From an uncultured Lachnospiraceae bacterium (GTDB lineage Bacteria; Bacillota; Clostridia; Lachnospirales; Lachnospiraceae), in contig CACZQP010000071.1 in assembly GCA_902783385.1 (NCBI GenBank), positions 2,311 to 66,310 on the forward strand: DNA of 64,000 bases, written 5' to 3'. This document shows positions 19,427-28,899 of the stretch, in pieces. The notes under the pieces are model-generated. The model ran no database searches. It worked only from the letters and a program-made list of their open reading frames with translations, and was not told the origin of the DNA. The position numbers were made by a program, and so were the translations under genes. Each line of letters starts with the position of its first letter. Position 1 is the stretch's first letter.

Positions 19427-20817
19427 GTCCTCTCCGCCGCCTTCAGCCAGATCGCGCATTCCATACGCTTGCGGAACAGCTCGCACCCATATTCATACGT
19501 GCCCAGGATCGAGCCCGTCGCGTGCAGCGCGTTGGCCGCGCAGCCGCCGGAGCAGTAGAGCCTTGCCCAACAGTCTTTGCAGTCCGGTCGTGCATAGACA
19601 TTACAGAGCTTGAACTCATCCCGGATGTCCGTGCGTGTGACACCGTTCCAGATGTCGCCCATCCTGTATTCCGGATCGTTGACAAACTGGTGACAGGGGT
19701 ACAAATCACCCTGCGCCGTTACTGCGAGGTACTCCGTGCCGGAGCCGCAGCCGGCAATGCGTTTATAGATACACGGGCCGTGCGACAGATCCATCATGTA
19801 ATGGTAGAAGGTGATCGGCTTTCCCTCCTGGCGCCTTCGCAGCATATCCCTTGCTAGGATCTCATACTGCTCAAAAAGGACCGGCAGATCTTCCCGCGTC
19901 AGTGCGCATGGGTCATCAGGAGACGCCACGACCGGCTCCATGGAGAGCTCGGCAAAGCCCAGATCGTCCGCCATGTGGAAAATGTCATTCGTAAAATCCG
20001 TATTGTAATGCGAAAACGTGCCGCGCATATAATAGCCCTGTCCGCAGCGGCGCCGCACAAATTCCTGAAACTTCGGAACGATCCGGTCATAGCTTCCGTT
20101 CCCGGCAAGATCTTTTCGGAAACGGTCGTTGACCTCCTTTCTCCCGTCTAGCGACAAGACAACATTGTGACACTCGCGGTTTGCCCAGTCGATCACCTCA
20201 TCCGTGATGCCGATGCCGTTCGTTGTCAGCGTGAAACGGAAGTTTTTGTTTTTCTCCTTCTCAATGCTCCGCGCATAGGCGACCAGTTCTTTGCACACTT
20301 CAAAGTTGACAAGCGGCTCGCCGCCGAAGAAGTCCACCTCCAGATTCCTGCGCATACCGGAGTGTTCCACCAGAAAATCCAGCGCCCGCTTTCCCGTCTC
20401 GAAACTCATCAGCCCCTGCTGCCCCTGGAACTTGCCCTGCGCCGCAAAGCAGTAAGAGCAGTTCAGGTTGCAGGTATGCGCGACCAGAAGACAGAGTGCC
20501 TTGATGACCGTCGTGCGCTGCTTTAAGTCAAATGCTTTATCGGAATAGACATCTTCCGTGAACAGCTTTCCCGCGGCAGTCAGCTCGTCAATGTCGGAAA
20601 AGGTGTCGGCGATATCCTGCTCCGCAACCGGAGCACTTTCCCCAGGCGGGCACTTGCCGACATACGCTTCCTTGAGGAGCGCGGCCGCCTCCTCCCGGCT
20701 CTTTCCCTCGTCCAGATATGCGATCGCATCATAGGCGAGGTCATCGGTCAGATGGATACTGCCGCTGTATACGTCGAGAACGATATTGCTGCCGTTTAAC
20801 TTGTACTGGTGAATCAT
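19423..20817 (-). CDS. scfB: SCIFF/ranthipeptide radical SAM maturase
   Basis: MIHQYKLNG start, CNLNCSYC, DFFGGEP, SPASM motifs GCGSG..YPCHQF and C..CWARLYCSGGCAAN. Confidence 0.95.
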   Translation of the reverse strand: MIHQYKLNGSNIVLDVYSGSIHLTDDLAYDAIAYLDEGKSREEAAALLKEAYVGKCPPGESAPVAEQDIADTFSDIDELTAAGKLFTEDVYSDKAFDLKQRTTVIKALCLLVAHTCNLNCSYCFAAQGKFQGQQGLMSFETGKRALDFLVEHSGMRRNLEVDFFGGEPLVNFEVCKELVAYARSIEKEKNKNFRFTLTTNGIGITDEVIDWANRECHNVVLSLDGRKEVNDRFRKDLAGNGSYDRIVPKFQEFVRRRCGQGYYMRGTFSHYNTDFTNDIFHMADDLGFAELSMEPVVASPDDPCALTREDLPVLFEQYEILARDMLRRRQEGKPITFYHYMMDLSHGPCIYKRIAGCGSGTEYLAVTAQGDLYPCHQFVNDPEYRMGDIWNGVTRTDIRDEFKLCNVYARPDCKDCWARLYCSGGCAANALHATGSILGTYEYGCELFRKRMECAIWLKAAERT

Positions 20818-20874
20818 GCTTCCTTTTCTTTCCTTCAATCCCGAAAAATTTCCGACACTCTTATACACGAAATA

Positions 20875-20917
20875 CAGGTATGCGCAACCTGCATTCCCGC
20901 AAAACTGCACATACCTG
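20875..20917. terminator. Stem-loop between scfA and scfB (attenuator or mRNA stabiliser)
   Basis: CAGGTATGCGCA...TGCACATACCTG inverted repeat. Confidence 0.6.
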
Positions 20918-20990
20918 CTTTTTACAATCCTTCATCAGCGGGCGTTGTCCGAACCTTAGACCCCCGCTTTAAGCCAGATGGCTGACGGAG

Positions 20991-21137
20991 TTACTCCTCG
21001 CTGTTCTCGCAAGCCTGATTGGCGATGCCGCAGCTGGTCTTGCAAGCGCTCTGGCAGGACGTCTGGCACTCGCCGCAGCCGCCGTTTACCGCGCTCTTTG
21101 CCATATCACGAGTATCAAGTGTCTGAATATGCTTCAT
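20991..21137 (-). CDS. scfA: Six-cysteine ranthipeptide SCIFF precursor (48 aa)
   Basis: Hand translation MKHIQTLDTRDMAKSAVNGGCGECQTSCQSACKTSCGIANQACENSEE*, with GGAGGAA RBS. Too short for the ORF track. Confidence 0.97.
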   Translation of the reverse strand: MKHIQTLDTRDMAKSAVNGGCGECQTSCQSACKTSCGIANQACENSEE

Positions 21138-21356
21138 ATCTTCCTCCGTTTCCATCATGTTGCAGTCATTATCCGAACGCTGAATTCAGCGTATTTTTAC
21201 AGAAAATATGATACCGGGAGAGCCGATGGGTGTCAAGGAAAAGCCGTTCCGCTCAGCCTTTTTCTCTTGCGCCGCCTCCCGATTTGCTATACCATATTTA
21301 GGGTGGCAATCTGAATAATCCACAAAATATCACACAGATATAAGAAAGGGGAAGAT

Positions 21357-21773
21357 ATGAAAAAATTTCTGGATGAGTTCAAAGCTTTTATTTCCCGCGG
21401 CAATGTCATGGATATGGCAGTCGGTATCATCATCGGCGGTGCGTTCACGGCGATCGTGAACTCCCTTGTTGAAGATATCATCAGCCCCATCCTCGGCCTG
21501 TTCGGTTCCACGAACCTCTCGGGCATGAAGCTCGAATTAAAAGACGGCGGCGTGACTTTTGCATACGGCAATTTCATTTCCGCAGTCATCAATTTCCTGC
21601 TGATCGCCTTCGTGCTTTTCAATATCATTAAGGCGATGAACAAGATCCAGGGCATGGTCAAGAAGGAAGAAGAAGCTGCACCGACAACGAAAATGTGCCC
21701 TTACTGCAAGAGCGAGATCAACATCGAAGCAACCCGCTGCCCGCACTGCACGTCAGATCTGAAGGCGGAGTAA
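21357..21773 (+). CDS. mscL: Large-conductance mechanosensitive channel with C-terminal zinc-ribbon-like tail
   Basis: EFKAFISRGNVMDMAVGIIIGGAF, YGNFI..INFL, CPYC..CPHC. Confidence 0.95.
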   Translation: MKKFLDEFKAFISRGNVMDMAVGIIIGGAFTAIVNSLVEDIISPILGLFGSTNLSGMKLELKDGGVTFAYGNFISAVINFLLIAFVLFNIIKAMNKIQGMVKKEEEAAPTTKMCPYCKSEINIEATRCPHCTSDLKAE

Positions 21774-21820
21774 CGGCCAAGGATCAACTTCTTATAATCA
21801 GAATAGTTGAAAGATGCAAT

Positions 21821-21856
21821 AAGCTCCGCGGTATGTGCCGCGGAGCTTTATTATTC
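21821..21856 (+). terminator. Rho-independent terminator of mscL
   Basis: AAGCTCCGCGG-TATGTG-CCGCGGAGCTT followed by TATTATT. Confidence 0.8.
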
Positions 21857-22004
21857 TCAAAACTTATTATTACAATGATTCACCATTCATAAACCTGTCC
21901 CATAGTCATTATCCTTTCCCAGACCCACAATACTGCGGTATAAAGAATACTATTAAGGAAATGTTGTATAATCATATATCATAATTCACAGGCAGCGGGC
22001 CACT

Positions 22005-23348
22005 ATGGAATTATCGCTTCAACAACAGCAGACTCTCAGCCAGATTCAGCTGCAGAGCATTCGTCTCCTGCAGATGAGTTCGATGGAGCTCGACGCCTAT
22101 CTGCAGGAAATCGCGCTGGAAAATCCCCTGATCGAGCCGCTGGAAGTCCCAGACGATATCAGACCGGATGAGGCGCTTTTGCAAAGGCTGCGCTGGCTGG
22201 AGGAAACGGACCGTCAGAACCGCTCCTATCAGCCGGATCCCGAAAGGGATCTTGACCCTTTTCTTCAGATCGGAAACGGCGGAGGCCTGGAGGAGACGCT
22301 GCCGCATTATCTGGAGTGGCAGCTTTCACAGATGGATCTGCCGGAGGAGACCGCCTATGCCGTTTCTCTCCTGATCGCCTGTCTGGACGAAACCGGTTAT
22401 CTACGTGATCCTCTCTCCGAGCTGAGCGAAGATCTTTGTGTTCCTCTGGCTCTTTTGCAAGAGGCAAATGACATCCTGCGCACAATGGAGCCTGCCGGCG
22501 TCGGCGCCGCAGATCTGGCAGACTGTCTTTTGCTCCAGCTGGACCGTCGGGAAAGCACGGGACTCGCAGCAGCCATCGTCTCGCAATGCCTGCCGCTCCT
22601 TGCCAGGTCCGGATACCGGCAGATCGCAAAACTGCTGAAATGTTCCGAAAAAGAAGTCCGCAGTGCATGCGATCTTATCCGACAGCTGAATCCGAAACCT
22701 GGGGCTGTCTTTCATCAGCCGTCTCAGACAGTCTATGTCCGTCCGGATATATATGTCCGGATGAACGGAGATATCCCGGAGGTCAGCAGCGCATATGAAG
22801 AACGTGAAAGATTCCGCATCAGCCGCTACTACACCGGCCTGCTGAAAGAGACCTCCGACAAACAGGCGAAGGCATATCTTACGGAAAAGCTCCAGCAGGC
22901 GCAATCCCTGCAGTGGGTCATCGCACAGCGCAAATCCACTCTCCTGCGCTGTACACAGGTAATCGCGGAACGTCAGAAAGACTTCTTTCTTTCCGGACAT
23001 GACAGGCTCCATCCCCTGCGCATGCGAGAGGTGGCGGAGGCTCTGAACCTGCATAATTCCACTGTCAGTCGGGCAGTCCGCGCCAAATACCTGCAGTGCT
23101 CATGGGGACTGTTCCCGCTCTCCTTCTTTTTCACTCAGGAAGCTTCAAACGGCATAGGTCACTCTACGACAGAGGCCAAGAGCCTTCTGAAAAAGATCAT
23201 CGAAGGCGAGAATGCAGCCGCACCCTTTTCAGACCAGACGATTGCCGAAAAGCTTTCTCAGTCCGGCTGCCCCATCTCCCGGCGTACTGTTGCAAAGTAT
23301 CGGAACGAGCTCGGTATTCCCCCCGCTTGCAAAAGGGGCGGAAGCTGA
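22005..23348 (+). CDS. rpoN: RNA polymerase sigma-54 factor
   Basis: Q/L-rich region I, LENPLIE, EPAGVGAADL, LHNSTVSRA, RpoN box ISRRTVAKYR. Confidence 0.95.
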   Translation: MELSLQQQQTLSQIQLQSIRLLQMSSMELDAYLQEIALENPLIEPLEVPDDIRPDEALLQRLRWLEETDRQNRSYQPDPERDLDPFLQIGNGGGLEETLPHYLEWQLSQMDLPEETAYAVSLLIACLDETGYLRDPLSELSEDLCVPLALLQEANDILRTMEPAGVGAADLADCLLLQLDRRESTGLAAAIVSQCLPLLARSGYRQIAKLLKCSEKEVRSACDLIRQLNPKPGAVFHQPSQTVYVRPDIYVRMNGDIPEVSSAYEERERFRISRYYTGLLKETSDKQAKAYLTEKLQQAQSLQWVIAQRKSTLLRCTQVIAERQKDFFLSGHDRLHPLRMREVAEALNLHNSTVSRAVRAKYLQCSWGLFPLSFFFTQEASNGIGHSTTEAKSLLKKIIEGENAAAPFSDQTIAEKLSQSGCPISRRTVAKYRNELGIPPACKRGGS

Positions 23349-23406
23349 CCGCTCCGCCCCTGTCATCGCCTGTGTTTTAAAAACGACGGATTGCCGGACC
23401 CCGTCG

Positions 23407-24843
23407 TCAGGGAATCAGGCTGATTCGCTTATTGTCGTAGTATTCCTCCAGAGAAAAATATGAGTTATCGCATCCCAGACCTGACTGCTTGATGCCGCCG
23501 TGCGGGAGGTTGACGCCGTTCGGCGCATTGTTGATATAGACCTCACCCGACTCAAGCTCCTCCGACAGGCGTGCAAGCGCACGGCTGTCGTGTCCGAACA
23601 CATAAGAGGTCAGGCCGCAGTCTGTGTCGTTTGACCTGCGGATCACGTCGTCCAGGTCATTCCATGTCTGCACCGCAATGACCGGTGCAAACAGTTCTTC
23701 TCTGGAGATGCGCATATCGTCCGTGACACCGGTGAGCAATGCGGGCGTAAACCAGTTGCCCTCTGCGGGCATATCTTCCGGGATCTCGCCGCCGCAGACA
23801 AGCGTTGCGCCCTGCTCGCAAGCCTCTTTGATGATCTCCTGTATATGCTCTCTGGCGCTCCTCTTGATCAGCGGTCCCATGATGTATCTGCCGGGCTTCT
23901 TTTCTGTGGTCAGAACGACATCCGGCAGATTCTTCTTCACCGCCTCGACAAAGGCATCCGCGACAGATTCGTGCACATAAAACCGGTTGTAGCACACGCA
24001 GACCTGACCTGCATTGGTCGTCTTTTTTGCCACTGCCAGGTCCGCCGCTTCCTCGATATCCGCATCCGGCAGAATAATGACCGGCGCGTTGCCTCCCAGC
24101 TCCAGGGAGTATTTCTTGATCGACGTCGCGCCCTGCTGCATAACTTCGAGTCCGGACTTTGTCGAACCGATCAGAGTGATCATCCGCGGGATCGCGCTGC
24201 TGTTCAGGCACGGTCCAAGATCGCGGGATGTTCCCGTCACAATATTCAGGATGCCGGCCGGAAGCCCCGCATCGGCTGCGATCTCGCCGAGGATCATCGC
24301 CGTCAGCGGCGTCTCGCGCGAAGGCTTCACCACACCGGTGCAGCCGGATGCAATCGTAGGTGCGATCTTGCAGGAGATATTCAGCATGGGGAAATTCCAG
24401 GCCACATGCCCGACAACGACGCCGACAGGCCGCTTTTCCACAAAGTGATAAGCGCCTCCCGTATGCGACCCGTAGTCCGGGAGTGTCACGCCATAGATCC
24501 TGCGCAGCTCCTCCGCCATAAAGGTAAATCGCTGGATACCGGCATTGACATCGTAGAATGCCTGATCGTAGGGCTTTCCGCTCTCTTTGATCAGCACCTC
24601 CGTCAGCTCGTCACGGCGTGCAAGCATGCCGTCTCTCATGCGCAGCACCATGGCTGCCCTCTCGTCGCAGGAAGCCTTCGACCACGATGCAAATGCTGCC
24701 TGCGCGGCCTCCAGTGCTTCGCCGACCTGCTCCGGTGACGCAGCGCGGTACTCTGCAACCAGTGAGCCGTCCGCAGGATTTGTTACCTGAAGGAGCGGTC
24801 CCTTTCCTTCCTCCAGCCGTCCGTTAATGTATTGGCAATACAT
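23407..24843 (-). CDS. NAD(P)-dependent aldehyde dehydrogenase (GabD/AldA-like)
   Basis: AWNFP, LELGGNAP, NAGQVCVC, EELFAPV. Confidence 0.9.
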   Translation of the reverse strand: MYCQYINGRLEEGKGPLLQVTNPADGSLVAEYRAASPEQVGEALEAAQAAFASWSKASCDERAAMVLRMRDGMLARRDELTEVLIKESGKPYDQAFYDVNAGIQRFTFMAEELRRIYGVTLPDYGSHTGGAYHFVEKRPVGVVVGHVAWNFPMLNISCKIAPTIASGCTGVVKPSRETPLTAMILGEIAADAGLPAGILNIVTGTSRDLGPCLNSSAIPRMITLIGSTKSGLEVMQQGATSIKKYSLELGGNAPVIILPDADIEEAADLAVAKKTTNAGQVCVCYNRFYVHESVADAFVEAVKKNLPDVVLTTEKKPGRYIMGPLIKRSAREHIQEIIKEACEQGATLVCGGEIPEDMPAEGNWFTPALLTGVTDDMRISREELFAPVIAVQTWNDLDDVIRRSNDTDCGLTSYVFGHDSRALARLSEELESGEVYINNAPNGVNLPHGGIKQSGLGCDNSYFSLEEYYDNKRISLIP

Positions 24844-24847
24844 GATT

Positions 24848-26083
24848 TTAACCTCCTGCCTTGATTTTTTTCAGATGTGCGAACCTCGGCATTCCGTTTT
24901 CCATCGGCCTTTCCGGCGTGCCCTGGATGAGTGGCAGCACATAGTCGATAAACTCCTGCGTCACATTGTTGCCCTGCTCGTTGATCCACTCGCGCGGAAT
25001 CTTCTTTTCAATGTTCGCAGCGATTTCCAACGGTTCAAGAACCAGCTCGCACTGGTAGCCGTTATCTCTTGAGCATTTAAATGCGACCATTTTGTCGCTC
25101 ACGCCCGCCACTGCGGATTCCACCGCAAATGCACCGGCTCTCCAGGCCTCGTCGATATCGGTCGCCGACGCGATATGCTGCGCGCAGCGCTGCATCAGGC
25201 AGAACTCCATGCTGCGGGTGTTATAACCGAAGGCTTTGCTTACCTCGGAGCAAAGCAGCGCCGAGGTACCGCCGAGCAGCGTGTGACCAAAGCTGTCCAC
25301 AATGCCGGAGTCATGCGCGACAAGCATGCCGTCTGCGTAGTGAATGCCCTCGGAAATCGCGACCATACAGTTGCCGGTCCTCTCATAGACCTCTTTCACA
25401 TCTGCGAGGAACTGCTCCATGGAGAAATCAACTTCCGGCAGATAAATGAGGTCCGGCCCATATCCAGTCAGATTTGCCAGTGCGGCGGACCCGGCCAGCC
25501 AGCCGGCGTTGCGCCCCATGCACTCCAGGATCGAGACCATGCCAGCGTCATATACGCAGGCATCCGGCCGCACCTCCGCAAAGGTCGTCGCGATATACTT
25601 TGCGGCCGAAGCAAAGCCCGGGCAGTGATCTGTCCCGTACAGGTCGTTGTCGATCGTCTTCGGTACGCCCATGACGCGGCATTCGTAGCCGGCCTTCTGC
25701 ATATACTTGGAGATCTTGTTGCAGGTGTCCATCGAATCGTTTCCGCCGTTATAGAAGAAATAGCGGACGTCATACTTTTGGAAGATCTCCAGGATCTTTT
25801 TGTAATCTGTATCATCCACGTCCGGATCCGCCAGCTTATACCGGCAGGTGCCGAGAAGTGATGCCGGGGTATACTTGAGGAGCTCTATGTCCTCCGGGTC
25901 CTCCTGACCCATATCGTAAAGAACATCTGCAAGTACGCCCTTGATCCCGTAAGCCGCACCCAGCACACGGGTAATGCACTCGCTTTTCAGCGCCGTCTGG
26001 ATCACGCCGGCCGCACTTGCGTTGATGACCGCAGTCGGTCCGCCGGACTGGCCGATGATGCAGGCTCCCTTTAATTCGCTCAT
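24848..26083 (-). CDS. PfkA-family phosphofructokinase, probably PPi-dependent
   Basis: QSGGPTAVIN, GGNDS (Asp at the PPi-specifying position), PKTIDND, MGRNAGW. Confidence 0.9.
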   Translation of the reverse strand: MSELKGACIIGQSGGPTAVINASAAGVIQTALKSECITRVLGAAYGIKGVLADVLYDMGQEDPEDIELLKYTPASLLGTCRYKLADPDVDDTDYKKILEIFQKYDVRYFFYNGGNDSMDTCNKISKYMQKAGYECRVMGVPKTIDNDLYGTDHCPGFASAAKYIATTFAEVRPDACVYDAGMVSILECMGRNAGWLAGSAALANLTGYGPDLIYLPEVDFSMEQFLADVKEVYERTGNCMVAISEGIHYADGMLVAHDSGIVDSFGHTLLGGTSALLCSEVSKAFGYNTRSMEFCLMQRCAQHIASATDIDEAWRAGAFAVESAVAGVSDKMVAFKCSRDNGYQCELVLEPLEIAANIEKKIPREWINEQGNNVTQEFIDYVLPLIQGTPERPMENGMPRFAHLKKIKAGG

Positions 26084-26134
26084 TCGTTCGTTCCTTTCTT
26101 TCCGGTACTATCCGGGAATCCTACCGCAGTGCGC

Positions 26135-27067
26135 TCAAGCCTTTCCGTCGCAGCCAAGCACATCAATCATCTTGTGTTTGACCATATCCGTGACCGCATC
26201 GCGCGCAACGCCGAGATACTTCCTGTAGTCGAAGTTCTCCGGGTGCTCTGCAAGGTGCTTCCGGATCTCACCCGTCATGGCGAGGCGAATGTCCGAATCG
26301 ATATTGATCTTGCAGACTGCCATGGAGGCTGCGCGGCGCAGCTGCTCCTCCGGAACGCCCATGGCTCCCGGAACGTTTCCGCCGTATTCATTGACCATCT
26401 TAACGAACTCCTGCGGAACGGAGGATGCGCCGTGCAGGACGATCGGAAATCCCGGGAGACGCTTTGCCACTTCCTCCAGAATGTCGAAACGAAGCTGCGG
26501 CTTTGTTCCGGGCTTAAACTTGAATGCACCGTGTGAAGTGCCGATTGCGATCGCAAGGGAGTCACAGCCCGTCTTTGAAACAAATTCCTCAACCTGCTCC
26601 GGCTTCGTATAGGAAGAATTCTCACTCGCCACTTCATCCTCGATGCCTGCGAGCGATCCGAGTTCCGCCTCCACGACAACGCCGTGGGCGTGGGCGTATT
26701 CGACGACCTTGGCGGTCTCCTCGATATTCTCCTCAAACGGGCGGGAGGACGCGTCGATCATGACGGAAGTGTAGCCCTCTTCTACAAACTGACGGCAGAC
26801 CTCGAAGTCCGCCCCGTGATCCAGGTGCAGTGCGATCGGGATTTCCGGGTGGTCGTGCGCGGCTGCCTCCGCAAGCTTTCGCAGATATGTATTACCTGCA
26901 TAGACCCTTGCGATGGCAGAGGCCTGAAGGATGATCGGCGCATGTAGCTCCGATGCCGCGGTGATCAGGCCCTGAATGGTCTCCATGTTGTTGACATTAA
27001 ACGCACCGATGGCGTAGCCGCCCTCATACGCTTTTTTGAACATTTCCTTTGTAGTTACGATCGGCAT
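26135..27067 (-). CDS. fba: Class II ketose-bisphosphate aldolase
   Basis: GAFNVNN, LHLDHG, EAELG, IGTSHG, VLHGASS, KINIDSD. Confidence 0.9.
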   Translation of the reverse strand: MPIVTTKEMFKKAYEGGYAIGAFNVNNMETIQGLITAASELHAPIILQASAIARVYAGNTYLRKLAEAAAHDHPEIPIALHLDHGADFEVCRQFVEEGYTSVMIDASSRPFEENIEETAKVVEYAHAHGVVVEAELGSLAGIEDEVASENSSYTKPEQVEEFVSKTGCDSLAIAIGTSHGAFKFKPGTKPQLRFDILEEVAKRLPGFPIVLHGASSVPQEFVKMVNEYGGNVPGAMGVPEEQLRRAASMAVCKINIDSDIRLAMTGEIRKHLAEHPENFDYRKYLGVARDAVTDMVKHKMIDVLGCDGKA

Positions 27068-27148
27068 AACTCTGCTCCTCCCTTTGCGCTTCTGATTCCG
27101 TCTCAGGGACCATTCTCCGGACGGTATTATTCCTGTTTGCTCCTTATA

Positions 27149-27991
27149 TCAGCCGAGAACGAATTCCTTCATCACGGAAAGGTCTGACCGAATTAATTCT
27201 TCATAGGTTCCCTGGTCTTTCAGCGGGTCATTACAATAAAAGTTTTCCGAGATCCACCAGCCTGAAAAACCCATATCAAGGCAGTGCTGCACTGTCTGTT
27301 TCAGGTGTCCCCTTCCCCTGCCCATTGGCCAGGATCCGGCACCCTCCGGCGGCATGTCCTTCATATGGATATGATCCACCGCCTTACGGCCAAGTATCTT
27401 CAGGTCATCGATCGGATCGCCAGTCGAAAACTTGATCGGGTTTCCGAGGTCATAGCAGAGCGTCAGCTCCGGTCCGACTGCATCAAGTACATACTGCAGT
27501 ACACTTACCGGCGCAACGCATTCCCACGCAATCCGGATGCCGAGCTCCCGGCCGATTTTGCAGGCTTTTTGCATGGTGGCTGCCGTGTTCTCTGCTTCCT
27601 CATGTGTATGGATCGTACAGCTGTCGTAACTGGTGAGCTGCAGAATGGGGATTTTCATGTCACGGCAGGCCTCCGCACCCTTTCTGATACTCTCGAGAGC
27701 GGCGTCGTTCAGCGGGTCACCTGCGGGGAGCTGTGTCCCGCCCTGCCGCACCAGGGTAAAGAGATGCAGCGACTGAAATTCGACCCCGGCATTCTGCGCT
27801 GCGTCCAGATAGGCCCTTTGGACCGCCGGATCATTCAGCGGAAATCCGTTTTTTGATCCGCCCGCATCGCCCAGTTGAATGCCATCAAACCCCAATCTGC
27901 CGGCCTCAAGGATCGCCTCTGTGCCTTCAACATCCATGCACCATTCACAGATCGCAAATTTCTGTTCAGTCGTTTGCATTTGTATATCCAT
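27149..27991 (-). CDS. Sugar-phosphate isomerase/epimerase family TIM barrel
   Basis: GFDGIQL, IAWE, CYDLGN, HIHMKD, GRG, ISE metal-ligand pattern. Confidence 0.8.
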   Translation of the reverse strand: MDIQMQTTEQKFAICEWCMDVEGTEAILEAGRLGFDGIQLGDAGGSKNGFPLNDPAVQRAYLDAAQNAGVEFQSLHLFTLVRQGGTQLPAGDPLNDAALESIRKGAEACRDMKIPILQLTSYDSCTIHTHEEAENTAATMQKACKIGRELGIRIAWECVAPVSVLQYVLDAVGPELTLCYDLGNPIKFSTGDPIDDLKILGRKAVDHIHMKDMPPEGAGSWPMGRGRGHLKQTVQHCLDMGFSGWWISENFYCNDPLKDQGTYEELIRSDLSVMKEFVLG

Positions 27992-28889
27992 GCTGCTTTC
28001 TCCAGAAATGATTCAGCGTAACGGCCGTACGCATTGCCTCTTCCCCTTCGATTTCATATCCTTCCGGAAGGTCAATGTCGAAGTGGAACTTCATTAATGC
28101 GCGTTCCTGGTTGAACATCATCGGCATGCCGCCAACCACTTTAAGCCCGCGCGCCATGGCGGCCTTCTGCAGCTTTGTCACCGGATTATATACGACATCC
28201 GCCACTGTGCAGTGTGCCGGAAGCTTTTCGATGAAGGCAAGGTCTTCATCGGAATAATCATCTGTGCCGCTTGCGATGCCAAGGCTCGTGCAGTTAACGA
28301 CGATATCCATATTTTCAGCGTATTTTTGGATGTTTTCCGTCGTCATCGTATCCGATATAACAGGGATGTCAAAGTGTCTGCGCAGGATCTCCGCTATACT
28401 CTCTGCTTTTGCGACGGTGCGGTTTAGAATCACCATCTCCTTTGTTCCCTTTTTGCAGATCTCCGCAGCGATCGGCCCCGTTACGGCGCCCGCACCCAGG
28501 ATCAGTGCGCGCCCGTCAAATTTCGCGCCTGCCTGTTCCAGAGAAATTGCCATTCCTGCGCCGTCCAGTCCGATGCCGATCAGCTTTCCTTCGCGGATTT
28601 TCACATGGTTCACGCTTTGGAATTCTCTTGAAAACTCATCGCATTCGTCAAGATACTGTATGATATCTGTCTTATGCGGCGTCGCAATATCAAAACCGAC
28701 GACACCAAGGTATTTGCAGCACTCGATGAATTTCGGCAGCTCACCCTTCTTTACGATCGCATATTGATTGATCGCATTGACATGCGCCAGCTCATACATT
28801 GCATTATGGATATACGCCGCCGTCGCATGGTCGAGCGGATCGCCGATCTGAAACAGGAGTTTCGTATCCAGGTTATACTTCATTCTCAT
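27966..28889 (-). CDS. Shikimate dehydrogenase-like oxidoreductase with divergent substrate site
   Basis: IGDPLDH, TPHK, LDGAG, LGAGAV, LNRT, VNCTSLG, DVVYNP. Confidence 0.8.
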   Translation of the reverse strand: MRMKYNLDTKLLFQIGDPLDHATAAYIHNAMYELAHVNAINQYAIVKKGELPKFIECCKYLGVVGFDIATPHKTDIIQYLDECDEFSREFQSVNHVKIREGKLIGIGLDGAGMAISLEQAGAKFDGRALILGAGAVTGPIAAEICKKGTKEMVILNRTVAKAESIAEILRRHFDIPVISDTMTTENIQKYAENMDIVVNCTSLGIASGTDDYSDEDLAFIEKLPAHCTVADVVYNPVTKLQKAAMARGLKVVGGMPMMFNQERALMKFHFDIDLPEGYEIEGEEAMRTAVTLNHFWRKQHGYTNAND

Positions 28890-28899
28890 ATTCGTTTCC

